Assembly: GCF_028641065.1 (NCBI RefSeq)
Contig: NC_073385.1
Span: 59,768,001-59,832,000, forward strand
From: Leucoraja erinacea
Lineage: Eukaryota
Length of the DNA stretch: 64,000 bases
Direction of reading: 5' to 3'
The translations under genes and the position numbers were made by a program. Shown one piece after another: positions 41,529 to 55,540 of the stretch (within the stretch, counting starts at the first letter, position 1; every line of letters begins with the position of its first letter). The notes beneath the pieces are model-generated. The model ran no database searches. It had not been told where the DNA came from and saw only the letters and a list, made by a program, of their open reading frames with translations.

Positions 41529-41612
41529 CTGATTGGTCGCTCGGGAGTTTGCGAGTGTGGGCGGACTTGTGGGCGCCATATAAACGCTGCCTCCACGCAC
41601 CGCAACTCACCA
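41529..41612 (+). promoter_or_regulatory. Core promoter of paralogue C (inverted CCAAT, GC box, TATA box)
   Basis: ctgATTGGtc (ATTGG 41532-41536), GGGCGG 41559-41564 and TATAAA 41579-41584 in canonical order and spacing. Inr-like ctcac near 41606-41610. CpG-rich; ATG at 41635. Confidence 0.75.
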
Positions 41613-41634
41613 GGAGCGCATCGTACTGGCGAGG

Positions 41635-41802
41635 ATGACGACTGTCGCAACCTCCGAACATCCCGGAGACAGTGAGAAGGAGGAGCGTGCTGCCCCTGGC
41701 GGCTACATCACCTACAGCAACTTTGTGTTTTGCGGATACAACTTAAAGATCGCTCGAATGGTGGATGATATCATGGGCGTGTCTGCTTATGTCTGGGAGG
41801 CT
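41635..41802 (+). CDS. EEF1AKMT3: EEF1AKMT3/METTL21B-like paralogue C, coding exon 1 (56 codons)
   Basis: aggATGa start about 50 nt after a TATA box. Reads ...NFVFCGYNLKIARMVDDIMGVSAYVWEA. Donor GCT|GTAAGT at 41803. Confidence 0.92.
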
Positions 41803-41870
41803 GTAAGTCCGCGGAATGATTGGACTAACGGAAAGCCCATCTCTTATAACGTGCTTACTTTTTGAAACTG

Positions 41871-42092
41871 CCCCTGTCCCACTTAGGAAACCTGAACGGA
41901 CACCTCTGGAGACTTTGCGCCCCACCCAAGGTTTCCATACGGTTCCCGGAGCTTGCAGGTGGTTGCCGGAGGTTGCAGGTAGTGGAAGCGGGTAGGGAGA
42001 CTGACAAAAACCTCCGGGAACCGCACGGAAACCTTGGGTGGGGCGCAACGTCTCCAGAGGTTTCCATTCAGGTTTCCTAAGTGGGACAGGGG
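41871..42092. mobile_element. MITE (probably Harbinger-type) in intron 1 of paralogue C
   Basis: About 80-bp near-perfect inverted arms: CCCCTGTCCCACTTAGGAAACCTGAA... and ...TTCAGGTTTCCTAAGTGGGACAGGGG. Confidence 0.8.
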
Positions 42093-42919
42093 TTAGTAAT
42101 CACTTCCTTTCCGATGAACTGTCTCCCAACTGAAACGTTCACTGGGTCCCTCTCCGCAGATGCCGCCTGACCCGCCGGGTCTTTCCAGTATTTTATTTTG
42201 TTTTATTTTATGTAATCCTCTCCTCTTCTTTTCTTTGCCCTTTGCACGGATTTGGAAATCCTTTAATTACAGAAAAAAAACCCTTCAAATTGATTATCAC
42301 GGTTAGAACGCGGGGGGGGGGGGGGGGGGGGGGGGGGGGTGCTCCAGGCTGGGCTGGGTTGGTATCTGCCGTATTATCAAGTTTAACATTAAATAATGGG
42401 AGGCCCAGTCAAGCTATCTGACCTCGAGATGGTAATAATTATCTTGCCTCGTTGTTGGGTCTCATTTCCTCGCCCTAAATGGCCAAATGTCGGAGATAGA
42501 CACGATAAGCTGGTGTAACTCAGCGGGTCAGGCAGCGTCTCTGGTGGGACGGAATGGGCGGCGTTTCGGGTCGCGACCCATCTTCAGACTATGAGGACAG
42601 GTCCGGGAAAGGTAGTGGTGTAGCCGTGGCGACGAGGGTCATGGTGGCAGTGGGTACCGTTGGGCATTGCGTCTGACAATTTTCTTATGAAGGGTTCAGC
42701 AGGGCTTTCGCCACCAGCAAAATCAACCGGAGGGAACAAGACCTGCGATGCATGCAATGCAGGAGAATCTCAGCAGATCGGGCAGCAGCTTTATAGTGAG
42801 AGACGGACATGATTTTGTAATCCAATGCCCTGCCACCAGAACAGATCAGGGCTGATATGATGGAGAAATGTCCAGTGAGGTATCCTCTTCCTTAACAATT
42901 GGCATCTGCTCCACAATGA

Positions 42920-43177
<258 letters not shown>

Positions 43178-43259
43178 TGAAACGATTGTGAACTGAATGG
43201 AACAATCACATGCGAAATAATTAGGGGAATCTAAATCGGGGAAAGTGACCAAGAGCAAT

Positions 43260-44120
43260 GTGGAAACAAAGAATCGCAAATGCTGGTTTATACCAATGAT
43301 GTATCCAAAGTGCTGGAGTAACTCAGCGGGTCAGGCAGCATCTCTGGAGATAAGGGGCAGTTGACGGGACCCTTCTTTAGATTGAAAGTGGGAGGTGGTG
43401 GTGGTGGGGTTGGGGGGCTGTGTGTGTGGGGGGGTGTGGGGGGGGGGGGGGGGGGGGCTGGAGGTGAGAAAAGACTGAGATCGCGTCTGGCAACAAATGT
43501 CCTCAGGCAGGATGGTGCCCTGATAGACCAATTGTTGGCTACGGAATGTGTGACCTCAAGAGGGATAGCCTGTGGTGAACTGTGGAACTGGTTAAATGAC
43601 TAGCGCGGGGAAGGGGGCAAATACGGGAGGGGAGGGGAGTGTTAGTAGAAGTGACTTTAAATTAGACAATTCAACGTTCACCCCGCTGGGTTGCACCCAA
43701 CCCAAGCAAATATGAAGTGTTTTTCCTCCAATTTGTGTGTGGCCTCACTCTGGCAATGGTGGAGGCCAGGGGCTGAAAGGTTATTATGGGAATGGGATGG
43801 GAAGTTGGCAACCGGGAGATTCAGTAGGCCTGCACAGTAAGTTGTATGTGTTCAGGGAAACGGTCACCTAGTCTATCATTGTTCTCGCCGATGGACAGCA
43901 GCCCACGGAAGTTCACATGTACTTCCTCTAACCTCATTTACCGTATCGGGTGTTTCGGATGTGGTTTCCTGTACATTGGCGAAACCATAAGTACAGAGGT
44001 TCACATGTACATCTCCTGTGCATCGGTGAGACCAAATGAATACCCGGCGACCGTTTCGCTGAACACCTTATATTTCGCTTGGGCAGCTTACAGCCTAGCG
44101 GCATGAACGTTGAATTATCT
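43260..44120. mobile_element. Penelope-like fragments including a GIY-YIG endonuclease remnant (intron 2 of paralogue C)
   Basis: Minus-strand terminal repeat and ORF end at about 43260-43890. Plus-strand KFTCTSSNLIYRIGCFGCGFLYIGET at about 43909-43990. Confidence 0.7.
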
Positions 44121-44475
44121 ATTTTTTATCTTATAGAATTGAATTATATATTTGTGTTCAACTGTAAGGAAAGGCAAACTTTCACACTGAGCCACAACAT
44201 TGCCCGAAATTCTCTCTCTCTCTCTCTATAGATAGATGCAATATATTTGTACAGTTGATGTCCAATCGTCCGGCGGTATTAGTTAAAGAAGAGTAAACGG
44301 TTTGTTTTGGTTTAACTCACACCACCATAATCAGGCTTGGTCGTTTGGAATCAAACAGAGTGGCGGAGAATTCAGAAGGCGGATTCTGTCAGTAAACAAG
44401 ACTTCCTCCAGGATGGCCAAGAGGGCAGATTAATGCAATACAGCACAAACAATGCTGGAAACGTTCCGAATCAGA

Positions 44476-44508
<33 letters not shown>

Positions 44509-45723
44509 GAAGGTGGACGTTTTAAACCTAATTCCGTTCCCTAGTCCCGGAAAGTGAGAATAGAGGTGTGATTTAAGCATGGCGGTGTGGGTGGCTGGCT
44601 GGGGGTGAAGGTAGCAGGAATATTGAGAATTACTGTTTGAAGGTGCAATTAAAGGTAGCCAACTGCCTTGACACCAGCGGTTAGAGATAATACAATCAAT
44701 TGAGTCAGAAGGATGAAGCCACAGCGGCAAGAGAGAGAGAGAGAGAGAGGAGAGATCGGAGTAGTAGCGGAGGTAGAACGAGAGAGTTTCATATAACGTG
44801 CAGATTGATTAACAAGTAAATTAATAATCGGATTGGAACATCTACTATTTGAATTCTCATTAAATGGAACCAACATCAGTCGCTTATGGTGAAAGTCAAG
44901 TGTATTAGCAAATAATTAGTTTTCCGTCTTGAGATGGCCATTGAACCTTCAGGTACTACTGGCCGTGACCGGACATCAAATGATAAACACCGATACATGG
45001 TATAAGACATCAAGGTGGCAATGATTCAGGTCTGTGCAGTAAATACTCATAGTGCCTTAATTGGGCATTAAAGGTTAATCATTACTTCAAACCGTATTTT
45101 TATAAGGTAAAATGTAAAAGCCGTTTAAAGGGTAAAATATCCCATGGCACGTTCCGGGGATGTGATAATTCACGCCGACATTGTTGGAAACTAATGATGT
45201 TGTGAATTCCTGGATTCGGGTTTGAAACGCTCCAGCGTGTGTTGTTGAATCACCCACACGACACTTAATTGTTGACGGGAATGTTGAGTCCCGTGCATTC
45301 AGCGAGATCAGCTGCTGGCCCAGGGCACTTGTGTTATTAACAAGATTGATTGGGTATTTTCCGGCTCGAGGAGTCCTCGTCGCATTAGCTGGGTAGTTAT
45401 TTAAGTTCTGAGATCGGAGCGATCTCATCGTGGTGAATGAAACGAATTGCGGTGGCGTTCGGGGGGGGGGGGGGGGGGGGGATTCAGCGAGTAATCACTT
45501 TATGAAATCTGATCAATTGTAGAACCGAACGACGGAAGAATGTTGGTGCCAGCATCGAGGACGTCAATGCGCCGACGAAACCGAGTTCAAATTGAAAGGA
45601 CATTTTGAATGTTGAATCAAAGTCTATAGCCCAGATTCTGCGATAGTTGCGTTCTATTCGTTTTACCGATGGATATTACGTGTACATAAAAACATATTTT
45701 ATGAACATATCCATATTCATAAA

Positions 45724-46675
45724 AACATAGAAACATATAACATAGGTACAGGAGCAGGCCATTCGGCCCTTCGTGCCAGCACCGCTATTCAATATGAACA
45801 TGGCAGATCATCCAAAATCAGTACCCCATTCCTGCTTTTCCCCGATATCCCTTGAATTCGTTAACCACAGGAGCTAAGTCTAACTCTATCTTGATAACAT
45901 CCAGTGAATTGCCCCCCACTGCCTTCTGTGGCAGAGAATTCCACAGATTCACAACTCTCTGGGTGAATAAGTCTTTACTCATCTCAGTCCCAAATGGCCT
46001 ACCCTTTATTCTTAAACTGTGACCCCTGGTTCTGGACTCTCCCAAAATCGCGAACATTGTTCCTGCATGTAGTCTGTCCAACCCCTTAAGAATTTTATGT
46101 TTCTATAAGATCCCCTCTCATTCTTCTGAATTCCAGTGAATACAAGCCCAGTCGATCAATTCTTTCATACGTCAGCCGCCATCCAGGGAATTAACCTCGT
46201 GAACCTGCGCTGCACTCCCTCAATAGCAAGAATCTCCTTTCTCAAATTAGACCAAAACGGCACACAATACTCCAGATATGGTCTCACCAGGGCCCTGTAC
46301 AACTGCGGTAAGACCTACTTGCTCCTATACTCAAACCCTCTCACAATGAAGGCCAACATGCCATTAGCTTTCTTCATTGCCAGCTGTACCTGCATGCTTA
46401 CTTTCAGTGACTGATGTACAAGGACACCCAGGTTACGTTGCACCTCCCCTTTATCATAATCTGCCGCAATTCAGATAATTTCTACCTTCTTGTTCTTGCC
46501 ACCAAGGGGGATAACCTCACATTTATCCACATTATACTGCATCTTCCAAGCATCTGACCACTCGCCCAACCTATCCAGGTCACTCTGCAGCCTCATAACA
46601 TCCTCCTCCACTGCCACTCAGCTTTGTGTCATCCGCAAACTTGGAGATGTTACATTTAAATCCCTCGTCTAAATC
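45724..46675 (-). mobile_element. CR1-type LINE 3' fragment
   Basis: Reads ESRTRGHSLRIKGRPFGTEM...FTQRVVNLWNSLPQ. Upstream ALVRPYLEYCVPFWS-like segment. (TTTCTATG)-like tail. Confidence 0.85.
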
Positions 46676-46749
46676 GATATTATTCCTGGAACCTCCCCTA
46701 TTCATCCACTTCCCTTAATGGAAGGTAATTTTACCTGCTTTCCAAAACA

Positions 46750-47235
46750 TTGGTTACATATGGAGTGCTGTGTGCGGCCTGGTCGCTACATTGAAGGAAG
46801 GATGTAATTCCACTGGAGAAGCTGCAGAGGGAACTCACCAAGATGAGGAATAAGGCATTGCAGTTTTAAGAGAAGTAGCCCTTTCCCCTAACTCGGTTGA
46901 GGCGGTGGAAAGAACTGTTGGATTGAAAATTAAGAGTGAGGTAGATAGTAAACTTGCTTTTCCCATGATGGGTGTGTCCATAATAAGAGGGCGCTGGTTT
47001 AAGTAAGACGGAGGAGGTCCAGAGGTAGGTTGCGGGGTCTGAAATGAACGTGTTTTAAACAGAGCGTGGTTGGATTCTGAATGCCAGTTCCGGTGGATAT
47101 GGTGGAGGCAGGTACACTCAGAATATTGAGGAAGCGCATAGAAAGATAACTGAGTCGCCTAGGCATAGTAGGATTAGTGTACATCGGTACAATGGGCAGC
47201 GTGGCCATGGTGGGTCGAGCTGCCTGTTTCTCTGT
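46750..47235 (+). mobile_element. Old CR1-type LINE 3' fragment
   Basis: Degenerate LEC/YCV.AW...KDVIPLEKLQR and FKQSVVGFWN-like segments. Confidence 0.6.
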
Positions 47236-47392
47236 TCTACTCCTCGGTCACCCTCTGGTCATTTCTGAAATCCTCCATCAAAGACGGATGGTACGGGGAG
47301 GCTTTGGGGCACGGTTCTCACTCGGGTGCGCCTTTGGTTGTTTAAATAGGACAGTCAAACAAAATGGGCACGATTTTGTTTTCTCTCGTTAG

Positions 47393-47787
47393 GTGGAGAG
47401 GTCACCATGACCGATAAGCCGAAAATCCTGAGGCAAATAGAAAACAATATCGGCATCAACATCCCCTTTGCCTGCAGGCACCGTGTAAAAGTCCAGACCC
47501 TGGTATGGGGTGAAGACCACACCAGCTTTCCCTCGGATTATGACTACATCCTGGGTTCAGATATTGTTTATAGCTCAGTTTGCTACCCGGCACTTGTGGA
47601 GACATTGCGCCATCTCGCCAATCAAGGAACCACAATTTACCTCTCTACCGAATTACGACCGAGGAATCGCTCGCCTGCCTTTCACAAGGAGGTGTTACCG
47701 CAGCACTTTGAATGCCAAGTGGTTGAAACGGTGGAGGACAAGGACATTGTTGTATATAAAATGACAAAAATGTGTACAAGTCGTTAA
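47393..47787 (+). CDS. EEF1AKMT3: Paralogue C, terminal coding exon 3
   Basis: Acceptor ttttgttttctctcgttag|GT. Reads GEVTMTDKP...LVWGEDH...YDYILGSDIVY...VYKMTKMCTSR*. The spliced ORF is 675 nt (224 aa). Confidence 0.93.
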
Positions 47788-48305
47788 CATGGGCTGCCAA
47801 ACAAACAATGTGTGGGAGTTGGTGAGCGAATACGTGGGTTCTAAACAGCCTCCCACTCATTATCTCAGTGAAAGATGACAGAACAAATGCTTAGCATCTA
47901 TTTGAAAATGTATATTCAGTTTTGTCCCGAGGTTGGAAAGGTTTTTAAGATATTAATCAAGCGCCTATTTTCCCTACGCGAGCATCCAGTGTTGCACGCC
48001 TATTTACCGGTCTCTGATTGCCTCCTTGCACACACCGGCTGCATCATACTCACGCACTGTAGTCAGGCAATGTCTAACGGACTTGCTTGGGATTTGCCAC
48101 TATTCGCCTATTAGCATCTATTAAATGGCAGCTTTTATATCTAACGATCTGATTTCGTCCATTACTTTAAAGCATTGCAAGGCAGTATTAGCCGTAAATC
48201 CGGACACTTCAAGATAAACAACCCTCAGTTTAGTGTATTCTTCAGTTTAGTTCATTGTTCATAGTGACCGAGGTTCAGTGGGCAGCATTTGTTGAGTGCT
48301 AACCA

Positions 48306-48678
48306 GTCAGCGGAGAGACAATACGTGATTACAATCGACCCATTTGCAGTGTACAGATAGATACATGATATGGGAATAAAGTTTAGTGCAAGGCAAAGTA
48401 TTTCAAATCCGATCAAAGATGTCATCATCCATCTCCTATTGCTCAGTTCGTTAACCAACTTTATTTTTATTGTGGAATGAGGCCATCGCTAGCAACCCCA
48501 GAAAATATGGTTTATTTTTAATTGCCCCTAATGGATGGCTTCCGGAGCCTGTTCAGAAATTCCAAGGGCCTTTCGAGCGAGGCACATTTTCATAGGCATT
48601 GAGTGCTCATTTGGAATGCTAGCTTCATTTTAAACAAATCTTTTTATGTATCTTTAAAAATATATATCGCTTGAAGAT
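48306..48678 (+). repeat. Left copy of an approximately 370-bp inverted duplication
   Basis: Reverse complement of 56298-56658, with scattered substitutions, an 11-bp indel and a 1-bp indel. Confidence 0.9.
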
Positions 48679-49732
48679 ATCGCCAAAGCCGAATGAAAAT
48701 GCTCCATAAAATGTAATCTCATCCCCTTTGCTTAATGTTCCAATTGTTTGCATGGTATTATTAAGTAAAACGTTTACATTTTAACTGACCTCAAACGCAA
48801 GGTATAAAACGCACCGAGTACGTTCTGATATTTATATCGAAGCATAACGTCGAGATTCTAGATTCTCTAAGCGAGTTTTCAAAAAGATTGCAATTATCTT
48901 TCTTTCATTGAGTACAATTATGAAATCTATCAGATACAGTGTGTGCGCAGTTCTAAAAAAAACCATCAGCTCGTTGGGAACCGGTGACTCGATTGTTTAA
49001 GCAATTAGTTCGATAATATAAAGATTTTGAGCGATGCTTTTAATGTTTTAAGCAGTGTTTAGGCTTGCAAACTTACTGCTCGCTTAATTTTCGTTTCTTG
49101 GTGGAATTATAAGCATGAGTATTATACTTAAGTAGTTGCTGAAAAATGGAGCAAACTGTAAACTAAATGCGGTACGCAATTTTCTGTGCATAGAGATCAG
49201 TTTTAATAAAACCAGTGACTTAAACCGTGTCGGTTTCACTTTTTTACTCCTGACTTGGATTTCTGTTAGGCAACGCTAATTTGCAAGCAGAGCGAGGTCG
49301 CGACACGAGCCACCGAAAACCATCAAATGGGCTGGCATGTGGGCGGAGCTGTTGGAAAGGAAAATGTTGGTGCTTTCTTTCGTAGTGTCAAATTTAAAAT
49401 GGAATACTGTAAGCAACCCAGGGGATGAATTGATTAGCAAGCGGGGGTATGGTAAAACAGCGTTCCATTGCATGTAACCTTATGACCAAGGGAAGAGATG
49501 ATTACTTGGGCTGGTTTTATGTCAAACCATCATGCAGGACTTCCGGTGGCTGCTATGAAGCAGTGAAGGCAGCTGCACTGAGCTCTCCTCCAGACAAATC
49601 GCGTTTAAAGTCGACTCCCATGCCAGGATCGAGTTAAAAATTCTTATCAGGTTTGCTGAACGTCAAGGGTACTGACTCCATCAAACGGTACTGGTGGTTT
49701 TGGGATTTAAAACGATCTTATCGTAAAAACTG

Positions 49733-50849
49733 GATGAGAAAGAGAAGAGGTCAGAGAGGACCCAAGAAAACTACAATCAGTTTCCAGCTCCAAAAAGCTC
49801 TGGATGAGCTTGAAACTACCCCTGAACTCACGTTTGAAAGTTTGGAAGAGGAGCTGGAACCTCAACAACCTACAAGCGATATGGCTGCGAGAAGTGATAC
49901 AAAGGAGAAAGAAATGAAAAGCTGGGAAGAAACGGTAAGAGCTAATATTCTTAAAGACATTACTAAAGATCTTCAGAAGCAATTTGCCAAAATGAATTCT
50001 ACAATTCAGAATAACTTCTCCACTATGGAGGGCAATCTTTCTAAGAAAATTGATAATAGCTGCGGCGAAGTAAAAGAGCTTTATGTAGCCCTGAATCAGC
50101 AGTTTAAAGATTTGGAGTCCAGCACGGCGAAGGAAATGGAAAGTATGCGGAGAGATTATAACAACAAACATGACATCCTGCTGAAGCAATTAACAGACAC
50201 GGAAAAATTGATGGAAGAAATGGAGGGTGAGATGGAACAGATGAGCCAAGAGATAACAGGTCTGAAAAAACAACACGATACGAATTGGGAGTTAACGAAC
50301 AAACTGAATGAGAAATGTCAAGATTTAGAGGCCAGGTCAAGGAGTCAAAATCTGAGATTAGTAGGAGTTAAAGAGGGTGCTGAACACGGCCTTCAAATGC
50401 GTGATTTTATTACTAATCTACTTAAAGATGTTTTCAAACTTCCTGAAAAACCAAAGATAGATCTGGCTCATCGAGTGGGTCGCCTCCAAAAACATGATAA
50501 TGCTAAACCAAGGCAAATTATTGTAAAGTTTCTAGATATTTCAACTGTGGAAACTCTATTAAAGAAGATAAACTATGGAGAAAATCTTACATTCGCTGAT
50601 AATATCGTAAGATTCTACAGGGATTACCCTCGGGAAATTCTGGCAAAAAGACGCGAGTTTAAAAGGGCAAGCAGTGTTTTATATGGACATTCTGAAGTTC
50701 GTTATGGTGTGATCTATCCAGCAAAAATGCTAATTACGTTTAAGGGCAAGCAACGATCATTCACGGACCCGGACTCTGCTTGCAAATATGCCCAGGAGAT
50801 TTTAAACAAAATTCAAGCAGGAACAGATTATTTGCCATTTTATCTGTGA
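49733..50849 (+). CDS. L1 ORF1p (coiled coil, RRM, CTD), open reading frame; exact start uncertain (49733 or 49881)
   Basis: Heptad-rich region followed by DLEARSRSQNLRLVGVKEG, IDLAHRVG, PRQIIVKF, RFYRDY and YPAKMLITF, the typical L1 ORF1 (Transposase_22) motifs. Confidence 0.85.
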
Positions 50850-51759
50850 AACTGTTTTTTCTGTTCAAATTAAAACACTAGAACGCTTCAGACAGTTACC
50901 AGACAGTCTTATCTGGCAAGAATGTGCTGTTAATAACACAGGCCGAACTAATCTTCTGAACTGAAAGCACATATGAAACCTCAAGGTTGCAAGCACGTCA
51001 CCAAACCCTTCAGCACGGAGAACTATGAGACTGTCTCCTTTTGAAATGGCCATGATATGAGGCATCTGTTCCACACTATATGACCTATTATTTACACATA
51101 TAACTAACTAACTAATTAACCAATTACGCGCAATAAACTCAACCAACGTTAAAGGCGTAATGTCCTATACTAACACGATTAACTATATAGCAGGAAGGGT
51201 GGGGGAGGTTAGACATATATTTTAATTACTAAATACTAATAAAGAATTATCTAACATACAGGTAAATGAAAAGTGTAATTTTTGACGAGGTATTTTAACC
51301 CATAATTACTTTTATTTTAATCCAAATCTTCTACCTTCCCTTTTATTTTATTCTATTTTAAACTGTTCAGCGATGACCTGATATGATAATTTTGATAACA
51401 ATTAGAGGGAACCGACTAACGTTGGGTCAAATTTTAATAGGGGGATAAGGCCCAGTGCATAATCTCATCGACGGAGGTCAATTTAAAAACAAATCTAGCT
51501 ACCTTAGGTGGCTTTTTTGTAATTTATCGCTTTTTTGATAAATTACATTCACTTTTTTTGTTTATTCACAATTATGTGTTGTATGATTCAATCATTTTTA
51601 TGTACACTTTATTTTATGTTTTTCTCTTTCCCTTAATTATGTTTAATAGTGTCAGGAGATGTAGAACTACTGTAGAAATTATGAAGGACAACTCTGGATT
51701 CGGGACTCTGAGGTACTTGGCTGCATCACATGAATCATACAGTCTGGTAATAATAGCCA

Positions 51760-54700
51760 ATGCAAGATAATAGTCGAATAAATATCGGAGGTCTCACCTT
51801 CTGTAGTTGGAACATCAGAGGTGCGAATGAGCCAATTAAAAGAGGTAAAATTCTGGCACAATTAAAATCATTAAATATGGATATTGCTTTCCTACAAGAG
51901 ACACATTTGAAACAACAAACTCAGATCAGATTAAGGGCAAATTGGATAGGTCAAACCTATTACTCCTCATTCACCTCTAAAGCAAGAGGCACGGCCATTA
52001 TAATTCGGAAGGGCATACCTTTTAAATTAAAGAATTCCATATCTGATAAAGAGGGAAGATATGTTATAGTCACAGGAGAAATTTACAATACACCATTAAC
52101 TATGATAAATATTTACGCGCCTAATTTTGATAACCCACAATTTTTTAGGAAAATAAATAGATTTAATCGCAGAGCATAATTTTCAAAATATAATAATGGG
52201 GGGAGATTTCAACTGTGTTATAGATCCATACTTAGATAAATCAATAAAGCTAGGGAAGCGTCTTGTTAAAACTAAGACCTGTGAATTTTTAAATACTTAT
52301 ATAAAAAATAATAACATAGCTGATGTTTGGAGAATAGCAAATCCAAGTGGTAGGGAATACTCATTTTTGACTATTTCTTATTGGACACAAAATTGATCCC
52401 GTATACGAATAAACCATCATAGCATAATAGTATTATTTCTGATCACTCACCATTGACTTTTATACTTAAAATTGAGGGAATGCCGAGTATAAAACCTTTT
52501 TGGAGGTTCAATGCACACATATTAAATAACCCGCAGGGTTATGAGTATATAAAAGAACAAACAAAACTTTTTTTCGAAATAAATGACACACCGGGTATTT
52601 CTGCACCGCTATTATGGGAAACCTTCAAGGCATATATTCGCGGTGTCATAATCTCTTACCAAAGTTTTCAAAATAAGGAAAATAAAAGAGAACTTCAGCA
52701 GATAGAACAGAATATAAAATTACTAGAACTGGACAATGCAACTGACCCAACCATAAATAAACATAATAAGATAACTTTATTGAAATATAAAGTCAATAGA
52801 ATACTATCGGCTAGAGTAATAAGATTATTCCAAATTACAAAACAAGCACACTTCGAATTTGGGGATAAGCCACATAAACTACTTGCGAGGCAACTGAAGC
52901 AACGAGAAAAGGAATAAAACTATTACTAAAATTAAATCGGATAATGGTGAGTTTCTAACATTGCCTAAGGATATTAATAAGAGGTTTGCCCAATTTTATC
53001 AAAATTTATACACATCTAAAATAAAGACAGGTGTAAGTAAAATTACAATTTTTTTAGATAATTGCAAGCTCCCAAAATTGGATAGTTTAGAACAAGAGCA
53101 ATTAGGAGCACGGATTACTGGTGAAGAAATAAAACAAATAATAAACTCACTGAAAAATGGGAAGACCCCAGGACCAGATGGCTTTAGTAATGAATTTTAT
53201 AAAAGATTTCAGGAGTCAATTGTACCACGATTATTCAATTTATACATGCAGGCTTATACTGAAAATAAACTACCAGAAACCCTAGCAGAAGCAACAATAA
53301 CGCTTATACCAAAAAAAGATAAAGATTTAGATGAACCGAGTTCTTATAGAGCTATTTCACTTCTAAATACGGATCAGAAAATTTTAGCAAAGATTCTAGC
53401 TAGAAGGCTAAATAATTATATTAACAATTTAATAAATATGGATCAAACGGGATTTATACCCAAAAGACAATCATTTAATAATTTGAGAAGGCTTTTTAAT
53501 ATAATGTACTCTCATAATGAGGACAATGAAGATATTTCAGTTGTCACGTTGGATGCAGAGAAGGCATTTGATCAAGTAGAATGGTAGTATTTATACAAGG
53601 TACTCCAAAAATTTAATACGGGAGAGAATTTTATTAGATGGATTAAACTACTTTACGATAGACCTACGGCAAGAATATTAACTAACAATACGCTATCTCC
53701 AAAATTTTACTTATCAAGGGGTAATAGGCAAGGGTGCGCCTTATCACCATTGCTATTTGCCCTTATGATAGAACCGCTGGCCGAAAGGTTTAGAAATCAC
53801 CCGAATATTCACGGATATAACAGCAACGACTCAAAGAATAAAATTTCATTATATGCTGATGATATCCTTTTATATATTACTAATACACAAACGAGTATAC
53901 CCACCTTATTAACACTAATTGAGGAATTCAGCTCTTTTTCAGGATATAGAATAAATTGGAATAAAAGCGAAATTATGTCTTTAAAACCACAGGATTCGAG
54001 ACACTTACTAAAATTCCCCTTCAAAATTGCAACAGAAAAATTCAAGTACCTGGGTATTCAAATTACGAGAAGACACAAATCATTATTTAGTGCCAATTTT
54101 ATACCACTATTAAATAAACTGAATGATACGATTAAATTTTGGAAAACGCTTCCGCTCTCATTGATAGGTAGAATTAACGCTATAAAAATGACTTTCTTAC
54201 CACAATTAATATATTTGTTTCAAGCGATCCCAATATATATTCCAAAATATTTTTTCAAAAAATTAGATTCCACTATCACTAATTTTATATGGGATTACAG
54301 AACACATAGAATTCAACGAAAGCATTTGTGTAAATCTAAAGAAGTTGGGGGTTTATCATTACCTAACTTTATATATTACTACTGGGCAGTGCATATTAAG
54401 AACATAATGTACTGGCTGGATAGTTCCACTCAGCAGTTGGAGTGGATAAGAATGGAGAAAGAGGAGTGCTATCCGCACGATATAGGAACGATCCTGCTCT
54501 CACCGATAAAATTGAATAGTATAATATATAAGAAGAACCCAATTATTCACAATATAATAAGAATTTGGAAACAAATAAAAGTATCCTTGAAATTAAATAA
54601 TTTATCAGTACTAACCCCACTATTGAACAACCCCGCATTCAAACCTTCTCTCATCGACAACACATATCAACAATGGGATAGACTGGGGATTAGGAAAGTA

Positions 54701-55540
54701 GGGGATATGTATGAAGTGGGCAAACTGTTATCATTTCAACAATTAAAATTAAAATTTAAATTGAAGGATAATCAATATTTTAAATATATACAGGTATGTG
54801 ACTTTATGAAGAAATATACACATAGATTTCAAACTATATTTTTAGATCCTTTAGAAGAAGCAATGAATATTAAGGCTGATTCACAAAAATTAATATCATA
54901 CTTTTATAATAATATATTAAATAGAGAATCACCCTCAACAGAAGCATTAAGGGAAGATTGGGAACATGAGCTAATGATAAAGATCTCGAAGGATAGATGG
55001 GGAAAGTATTTGACGAATACACATAACTGTTCTATTAATGCAAGACATAATTTAATTCATTTCAAATTATTACATAGACTATATTATTCAAAAACGAGGT
55101 TGAATAAATTTTATCCAAACGTCTCTCCCAGATGCGATAAATGTTTGTTTCAAAACGCTAATATAACACATTCATTTGTAGGATGTACAAAGTTGAATAA
55201 ATTTTGGAGTGATATATTTGATATATTTACAAAGCTTTTCAAGTCAAGAATAGAACCCAAAACGGAATGGATTATATTTGGAATAATAGGAGAAGATACC
55301 AATTTAAATAAAGATCAAAATGTTTTTTTGAATTATGGGTTAATAATTGGAAAGAAATTGATACTTAAATTTTGGAAAAATACAACCACACCAACTGTTA
55401 AAATGTGGATTAGGAATATGATGGACATAGCATGCCTTGAAGAAATGAGACTCCGACTACTAGATAAATATGACCAATTCTTAAGGAGTTGGTCTCCTTT
55501 CATCGACTTTTTGGAATCATGTGATGCAGCGGTACCGTAA
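51760..55540 (+). pseudogene. L1 ORF2 (APE endonuclease, reverse transcriptase, CCHC), disrupted
   Basis: Motifs SWNIRG, LQETH, NIYAPN, GGDFN, SDH, PGPDG, YRAISLLN, LDAEKAFD, YADD and RCDKC...HSFVGC. Lesions: frameshift near 52150, internal deletion near 52365, stop/frameshift near 52915, and in-frame TAG at 53585. Confidence 0.9.

Noticed and set aside
49707-50189. 160-aa antisense ORF in the L1 (ORF0-like?)
   Set aside because: It is the shadow of the A-rich coiled-coil ORF1 coding strand and does not lie in the 5'UTR as primate ORF0 does.
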